From: Candidatus Moraniibacteriota bacterium
Lineage (GTDB): Bacteria; Patescibacteriota; Minisyncoccia; Moranbacterales; UBA1568
DNA: 64,000 nucleotides
Direction: 5' to 3'
NCBI GenBank assembly: GCA_041910335.1
Contig: JAYRRF010000024.1
Span: forward strand, 18,529 to 82,528
Position numbers and translations under genes: made by a program. Shown one piece after another: positions 58,984 through 64,000 of this stretch. The notes under the pieces are model-generated. The model saw only the letters and a list, made by a program, of their open reading frames with translations. It ran no database searches and was not told the DNA's origin. Numbering within the stretch: the first letter of the stretch is position 1; the number at the start of each line of letters is the position of its first letter.

Positions 58984-59541
58984 TCAGTGGGCTGTCTCGA
59001 GACCCTTCCATTCCCGTTCTTCCCAGTTCCGGAACAAGCGTTCCAGGGGCGGGAGAGGATTCAGAGTGTATTCATCGCCGTCGATGATCACCTCGAGTCC
59101 TCCTCGGTCGCGAATGCCCACGACACCCGACCAGTAGCCATCACCGACCCTGGAGTGATCGATCATCATCTGGAACTTCCGGGGCACCAGCTTCGAAACG
59201 AAGTTGGATGCCCGACGATAGATGCCGCTCTCCCAACGATAGACACCGTATTCCCAGGAAGGAGGCTTCTTGTTCAGGCCGAGCATATTCGCCAGGCCCA
59301 GAGTGGACCAGCTGATCCATTTCCAGCGACGCATGCGCCGCGCGTAGAGCAGCTCGTACCGCCGGTGGTACTTCTGGTGCAGCTTGCGCCGGACCAGTTC
59401 TTCTTCATGGTAAGCAGTGTGCGCTTCCGTAAGGAAGGTATTGAGGTCCTGGCTCGACAGCGGCCAGGAGTAGCCGTGCTCGTGGGTCATGGCATGCAGG
59501 ATGCCAGCCATGATTTCGTTTTCGTAGCGGCCAAGGTGCAT
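58984..59541 (-). CDS. GC-rich hypothetical protein
   Basis: SD GGAGAG, TTGACT-N17-TATAAT promoter (59651-59623), terminator at 58944-58977. Confidence 0.65.
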   Translation of the reverse strand: MHLGRYENEIMAGILHAMTHEHGYSWPLSSQDLNTFLTEAHTAYHEEELVRRKLHQKYHRRYELLYARRMRRWKWISWSTLGLANMLGLNKKPPSWEYGVYRWESGIYRRASNFVSKLVPRKFQMMIDHSRVGDGYWSGVVGIRDRGGLEVIIDGDEYTLNPLPPLERLFRNWEEREWKGLETAH

Positions 59542-59736
59542 GACTCTCTCCGTATCGTGGGGGAGTGTGAGCTCCCAGTTAAACAACTTGTATCCAGTGC
59601 AGCTTAGCACCTTCAACTTTACATTATACACCTAAAACAATAAAAAGTCAATAGTGCGAGAGTGGTCTAAAAATGCGATAATGCAAGTGCATTTTTTGCT
59701 TAATACTTACTTCTCACTATTTAATACTTTGTACTC

Positions 59737-60531
59737 ATGAAGATCATCTCTTGGAACGTCAACGGTATACGAGCCGTAGAGCGGAAAGGGCTTTTCCAGC
59801 CGTTTTTGGTTGAGTATGCTCCGGATATTCTCTGTCTTCAGGAGACCAAGGCGAATAGAGAGCAGGTAGAGATAGACCTCCCTGGCTATATCGAGTACTG
59901 GCATAGCGCAGAACGTAAGGGCTACAGTGGGACAGCTATCTTCACCAAAGTTGAGCCGCTTTCTATCAGAAATGGGTTTCTTCCTAAGGTATCCAAAAAG
60001 TTCGCACCCCTTGAAGATAAGTTTGGTGATCCTGAGACCGAAGGGCGAGTGCTCACGGCTGAGTACGAAGGCTTTTATCTTGTCACTTGCTATACCCCGA
60101 ATGCCAAAGATAAGCTCGAACGTATACCGCTGCGACTCAAGTGGGATGCTGCGTTTCTTATGCACTGCAAGGAGCTTGAGAAAGATAAGCCGGTCGTCTT
60201 CTGTGGTGACCTCAATGTCGCTCATACTGAAGATGACCTGGCGCGGCCGAAGGAAAATATTGGGAACAAGGGCTTTACTGATGAAGAGCGGCAGGGATTC
60301 GAGAATTTCATCAAGGCTGGATTCATCGATACCTTGAGAATATTCAAACAGGGGAATGGACTGTATACCTGGTGGACCAACTGGGGTGGAGCGAGAGAAC
60401 GAAACGTTGGGTGGAGGATTGATTATTTCCTTGTTAGTAAGAGTCTCAAAAGCAAAGTAAAAGATGCTTTTATTCTTCCCGAGGTACTAGGCTCTGATCA
60501 TTGTCCTGTGGGGATAGAGCTCAATTTTTAA
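59737..60531 (+). CDS. xth: Exodeoxyribonuclease III
   Basis: ISWNVNGIRA, LQETK, GDLNVAH, GWRIDYF, GSDHCP. Confidence 0.95.
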   Translation: MKIISWNVNGIRAVERKGLFQPFLVEYAPDILCLQETKANREQVEIDLPGYIEYWHSAERKGYSGTAIFTKVEPLSIRNGFLPKVSKKFAPLEDKFGDPETEGRVLTAEYEGFYLVTCYTPNAKDKLERIPLRLKWDAAFLMHCKELEKDKPVVFCGDLNVAHTEDDLARPKENIGNKGFTDEERQGFENFIKAGFIDTLRIFKQGNGLYTWWTNWGGARERNVGWRIDYFLVSKSLKSKVKDAFILPEVLGSDHCPVGIELNF

Positions 60532-60549
60532 TAATTTGATAGCTCACAA

Positions 60550-60668
60550 ATAATAGTTTTTTGCTACCGCCAAAATCCAGCGTATTTTGGCTACCAAGTC
60601 ACTCGAAACCACTCGATGAACTCGTGGACCATGCTTTCTTGCTCCTAGCCGCGCAACAAAACTATTAT
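60550..60668. repeat. Long inverted-repeat intergenic element
   Basis: ATAATAGTTTTTTGC ... GCAACAAAACTATTAT; inner GCCAAAAT/ATTTTGGC. Confidence 0.55.
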
Positions 60669-60681
60669 CTTGCTCACTTTT

Positions 60682-61968
60682 ATGATGAATAAACATATAC
60701 CACTCGCAGAACGGATGCGACCAAAGACTTTGGAGGAGTTTTTGGGTCAAGAAAAAATATTTGGTGCAGGGAGTTTTCTGCGTCGCGCCATAGATGAAGA
60801 CAAAGTTCCTTCACTTATTCTCTGGGGGCCGCCTGGAAGTGGTAAGACCACGCTCGCTCTTCTTATTGCTCAGTCAACACAGGCAGAGTTTTTTCAGTTG
60901 TCTGCTGTGGGAAGCGGAGTGAAGGATCTACGAAAAATTATAGAAGTAGCTGAGAAAAATAAAGAGGGGGGCAAAAAAACACTTCTTTTCATTGATGAGA
61001 TTCATCGTTGGAACAAGTCTCAGCAGGATAGTCTGCTTCCGTATGTGGAGCGAGGGGTACTCACGCTCATCGGAGCCACTACTGAGAATCCGAGCTTTGA
61101 AGTTAATGGCGCTCTTCTTTCGCGTTCGCGAGTCGTAGTACTAGAAAAGCATTCTGTGACCTCACTAGTGCATTTATTGAGACAGACTCTGATGAAGTCA
61201 CAAGAATATTTTGGAAGAAAGGTAGACGCAAACAATGAGACGCTTGGGTTCATCGCAGAGGTTTCGGGAGGAGATGCGAGGCAGGCCCTTGGAATACTTG
61301 AAGCTTGTGTAGTCATGCTTGGCAAAAAGAAAATACTGGATAGTACTTTAGTGGAGTCAGTAGTAAAACGCTCCCATGTTCTTTATGACAAAGGTGGTGA
61401 AGAACATTACAATATCATTTCAGCTTTGCATAAGTCACTGCGTGGTGGTGATGCCAATGCTGCGCTTTATTGGTTGGCGCGGATGCTTGAGGCAGGCGAA
61501 GACCCTCTTTATGTAGCCAGACGCTTGGTACGGTTTGCCTCGGAAGATATCGGGTTAGCAAATTCTTTTGCATTGCCGCAGGCCACCGCAGTCTATCAAG
61601 CATGTCAGTATCTCGGGATGCCAGAATGTGAAGTGCATCTCGCACAGCTGGTGGTATACTTAGCAGCTTCTAAGAAAAGCAACACTCTCTATGTTGCTTA
61701 CAATAAAGCCAAAGAAGATGTCCATCGCTTTCCGAATGAGCCAGTACCTCTTTATCTCAGAAATGCTCCGACAAAACTGCTGAAAGATATAGGCTACGGT
61801 AAAGGATACAAATACACTCCCGCACACAATACTTTGCATAATGAGGCGGGCAGGCCAGACAATGGTGGTAGAGGTGGTTATACTCGTGACGAAGACCTAG
61901 GGGTACAGCAAGAGTATCTTCCTGAGAAATTGAAGGGGAAAAAATATATAGATATTAAAGAAAAATAG
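60682..61968 (+). CDS. rarA: Replication-associated recombination protein A (MgsA/RarA)
   Basis: [42 protein letters not shown]. Confidence 0.95.
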   Translation: MMNKHIPLAERMRPKTLEEFLGQEKIFGAGSFLRRAIDEDKVPSLILWGPPGSGKTTLALLIAQSTQAEFFQLSAVGSGVKDLRKIIEVAEKNKEGGKKTLLFIDEIHRWNKSQQDSLLPYVERGVLTLIGATTENPSFEVNGALLSRSRVVVLEKHSVTSLVHLLRQTLMKSQEYFGRKVDANNETLGFIAEVSGGDARQALGILEACVVMLGKKKILDSTLVESVVKRSHVLYDKGGEEHYNIISALHKSLRGGDANAALYWLARMLEAGEDPLYVARRLVRFASEDIGLANSFALPQATAVYQACQYLGMPECEVHLAQLVVYLAASKKSNTLYVAYNKAKEDVHRFPNEPVPLYLRNAPTKLLKDIGYGKGYKYTPAHNTLHNEAGRPDNGGRGGYTRDEDLGVQQEYLPEKLKGKKYIDIKEK

Positions 61969-61969
61969 T

Positions 61970-62413
61970 ATGTTTGAAATAAATAAGTTCGATCAGTTCG
62001 GAAATAGAGAGAATCAAAGGTTGAAATCAGCATTTGAAGTGTACCAGAGTCTTTCTGCGGAAAAAAAGAGAAGACTCGAAATAAAATTTTTTGGTGTTGG
62101 TATTGGTAGTGAAGAGGGTATAAAGGCGAATTTTGAATTTTGGGAAAAGGAACATCCAAAAGATGAATCTCTCGCAGCTCTTATGAAAGAATTTTATGAT
62201 ACAGTGGACGATTCAGAAGCTGGTTGCTATGTCGGAAAATATAAGGATTTTGATGGGTTTGATTTTTATCCTGTTAGAAAAATTGATAAAACAGTATTTG
62301 ATAGCTATGTTCAGCAAGATGAATTGGAAATGGTTTATGAGGTTTTTGAGGGTGGCGGTAACTCAAGAGTCATTCAGTTAGCTGATGATATCTTAGAGAA
62401 AATAGTCCGATAA
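61970..62413 (+). CDS. Hypothetical protein (AT-rich)
   Basis: 147-aa ORF abutting rarA. Confidence 0.65.
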   Translation: MFEINKFDQFGNRENQRLKSAFEVYQSLSAEKKRRLEIKFFGVGIGSEEGIKANFEFWEKEHPKDESLAALMKEFYDTVDDSEAGCYVGKYKDFDGFDFYPVRKIDKTVFDSYVQQDELEMVYEVFEGGGNSRVIQLADDILEKIVR

Positions 62414-62611
62414 TTAGTATCTTGACTTCGATAGTTTTTATCATGTTATGATTATCTCAACCGCTGCGTCTGGAAGTTTCAGTAAGGGTTCATCTGGTGG
62501 CGGAAGCGGAGCAATAGGAGGTGTTCTTTTGGAAACTGTAGGAGTGTGCTCCTAAGAAAGTGAAACAGAGAAATATGTTACTATATAGCTATTAAGTATT
62601 AATCTAATTGT

Positions 62612-62938
62612 ATGGGTTTTGGAGAACCGCGATTTGCTGCACAGGTACCTTTGCATGAGACTCCTCAGAAAAAAGAAGAGCTGGAAGAAGGGGAATTTGG
62701 TTTAGATAAAAAGCGTCTCGATCGCTTCGGCTGGATACTTAACAATCATGGCATCATTGGTCTCGATATACTCCGTAATCGTCTTGAGGATGCAGAAGAA
62801 TTTCCAGAAGATTATCCCGAATATGATAAGGCAAGATATGAGAGACTTATTGGTAGTCTAAAAAACTTTGATGTCAAAAGTCCGGAGTTTGCAGAAACAG
62901 CTGAAAAAATTGCTGGCATGTTGCAAAGTAGTCTCTAA
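62612..62938 (+). CDS. Hypothetical protein
   Basis: 108-aa ORF abutting the next gene. Confidence 0.65.
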   Translation: MGFGEPRFAAQVPLHETPQKKEELEEGEFGLDKKRLDRFGWILNNHGIIGLDILRNRLEDAEEFPEDYPEYDKARYERLIGSLKNFDVKSPEFAETAEKIAGMLQSSL

Positions 62939-62943
62939 AGAGC

Positions 62944-64000
62944 ATGTACAAAGTCTTCTTTTTTCTTTGTTTATCATTCGTTTTTCTGCCAGGATCTCTT
63001 TTGGCTGTGACACCTTTGACTGATGAGCATATAGAATCCTTTAATGTCGACATCATCGTTAATACAGATGGTTCGATCGCTGTCACTGAGAAAATTTTGT
63101 ATAACTCAGGTGGTTTGGAAAAACACGGTATCTATAGGGATATTAGGACTCTCTCATCACAGGGAAAGAAGATGAGTATTGAGAATATTTCTGTGCGAGA
63201 TGAGCAGGGTAGGGAATATGCTTTTGAGAAAAAAGAGCAAGGAAATACATTGCAGCTCAAGATAGGTGATTCGAGAAGCACTTTTTCAGGAGTGAAGACG
63301 TACGTCATTGCTTATCGGGCTACTCATGCTGTGTCTTACTTTGATAATTTTGATGAGATTTACTGGAATACTACGGGTAACAATTGGCCATTTCCCATTC
63401 TCTCCGCTACAGCAGAAGTGATACTGCCGAGCGGAGCTACTCTGAAGCAAAAGAGTTGTTACGAGGGTGTGGCGGGTAGTCAAGAACCCTGTCAGTTCTC
63501 AGAAGAAAAGTTTATCTCAAGCAGAATATTGAGCCAAGGTGAGGGTATGACGATAGCAACGGGTTTTGATAAAGGACTAGTAGTAGAGCACTTTACTTTT
63601 TGGGAAAGGATTCTTGTCTTCATTCATTCTATAAGCATAGTCATTGGTGGAGGTATTGCGTTTTGGGGTTTGTGGAGTGCTTATCGTCGTTGGTATCGAG
63701 AGGGGCGTGACCCGAAAGAGCGTGATGTAGTGGTACCAGAGTACGATGTGCCTGACCACTTGACACCCCTTGAGGTCTCAGGGCTGTTCTCTGAGGCTCA
63801 GGTGAGTATGACTGCGTTCAGCGCTCAGATTATTAGCTTAGCAACGCGTGGCTATATCCGTATTCACCAAAATCAAGATAAATACGTCTTTGGCCTGATC
63901 ACGACTAATGATTATGAGCTCGAGCGTCTTCCAAAAAATGATGGACTCAAAGTATTCGATGTATTGTTTCTAGAAGAGCTCTTTGGTAGCCAGTCAACAG
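62944..64000 (+). CDS. DUF2207 membrane protein (3' partial; absent from the ORF track)
   Basis: MYKVFFFL... signal, IESFNVDIIVNTDGSIAVTEKI, HGIYRDI, DEIYWNTTGNNW, GRDP. Confidence 0.85.
   Translation, partial: MYKVFFFLCLSFVFLPGSLLAVTPLTDEHIESFNVDIIVNTDGSIAVTEKILYNSGGLEKHGIYRDIRTLSSQGKKMSIENISVRDEQGREYAFEKKEQGNTLQLKIGDSRSTFSGVKTYVIAYRATHAVSYFDNFDEIYWNTTGNNWPFPILSATAEVILPSGATLKQKSCYEGVAGSQEPCQFSEEKFISSRILSQGEGMTIATGFDKGLVVEHFTFWERILVFIHSISIVIGGGIAFWGLWSAYRRWYREGRDPKERDVVVPEYDVPDHLTPLEVSGLFSEAQVSMTAFSAQIISLATRGYIRIHQNQDKYVFGLITTNDYELERLPKNDGLKVFDVLFLEELFGSQST

Noticed and set aside
58903-59607. 234-aa plus-strand ORF
   Set aside because: Antisense shadow; promoter, SD and terminator all support the minus-strand gene
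1-64000. Prophage, integron, rRNA/tRNA genes or stop-codon recoding
   Set aside because: No integrase, phage structural genes, attC-like array or rRNA/tRNA signatures seen; genes end normally at TGA, TAA and TAG

Overview
Bacterial chromosome segment, genetic code 11. The gene set (PilC/PilM/N/O with large minor pilins, two UvrA, short UvrC, PIF1, DUF2779, RlmN/MiaB-like, RarA, no central biosynthesis, mostly SD-less core genes) suggests a Patescibacteria/Parcubacteria (CPR)-type genome; this is inference. Contents: DNA repair genes; a CsoR-family-regulated rhodanese/RND/DUF2892 operon; a large secreted LCAT-like lipase; an AT-rich defence island (about 21.9-30.6 kb) with DUF3800, a PLD-SNF2 helicase, an N6-adenine MTase and two PD-(D/E)xK nucleases; a type IV pilus cluster; and scattered GC-richer monocistronic genes with SD motifs, most with their own promoter and terminator (SciP-like, DnaA-domain-IV-only, a paralogous 4-Cys pair, DHFR). 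The most striking element is an approximately 850 bp cassette bounded by a 35-bp direct repeat. It holds a DUF3800 (RNase H-like) gene and a convergent, separately promoted ~75-nt three-stem ncRNA. A second unannotated ~135-nt rod-shaped (6S-like) RNA lies at 40.02-40.16 kb. All family calls come from motif recognition by eye; no searches were run.
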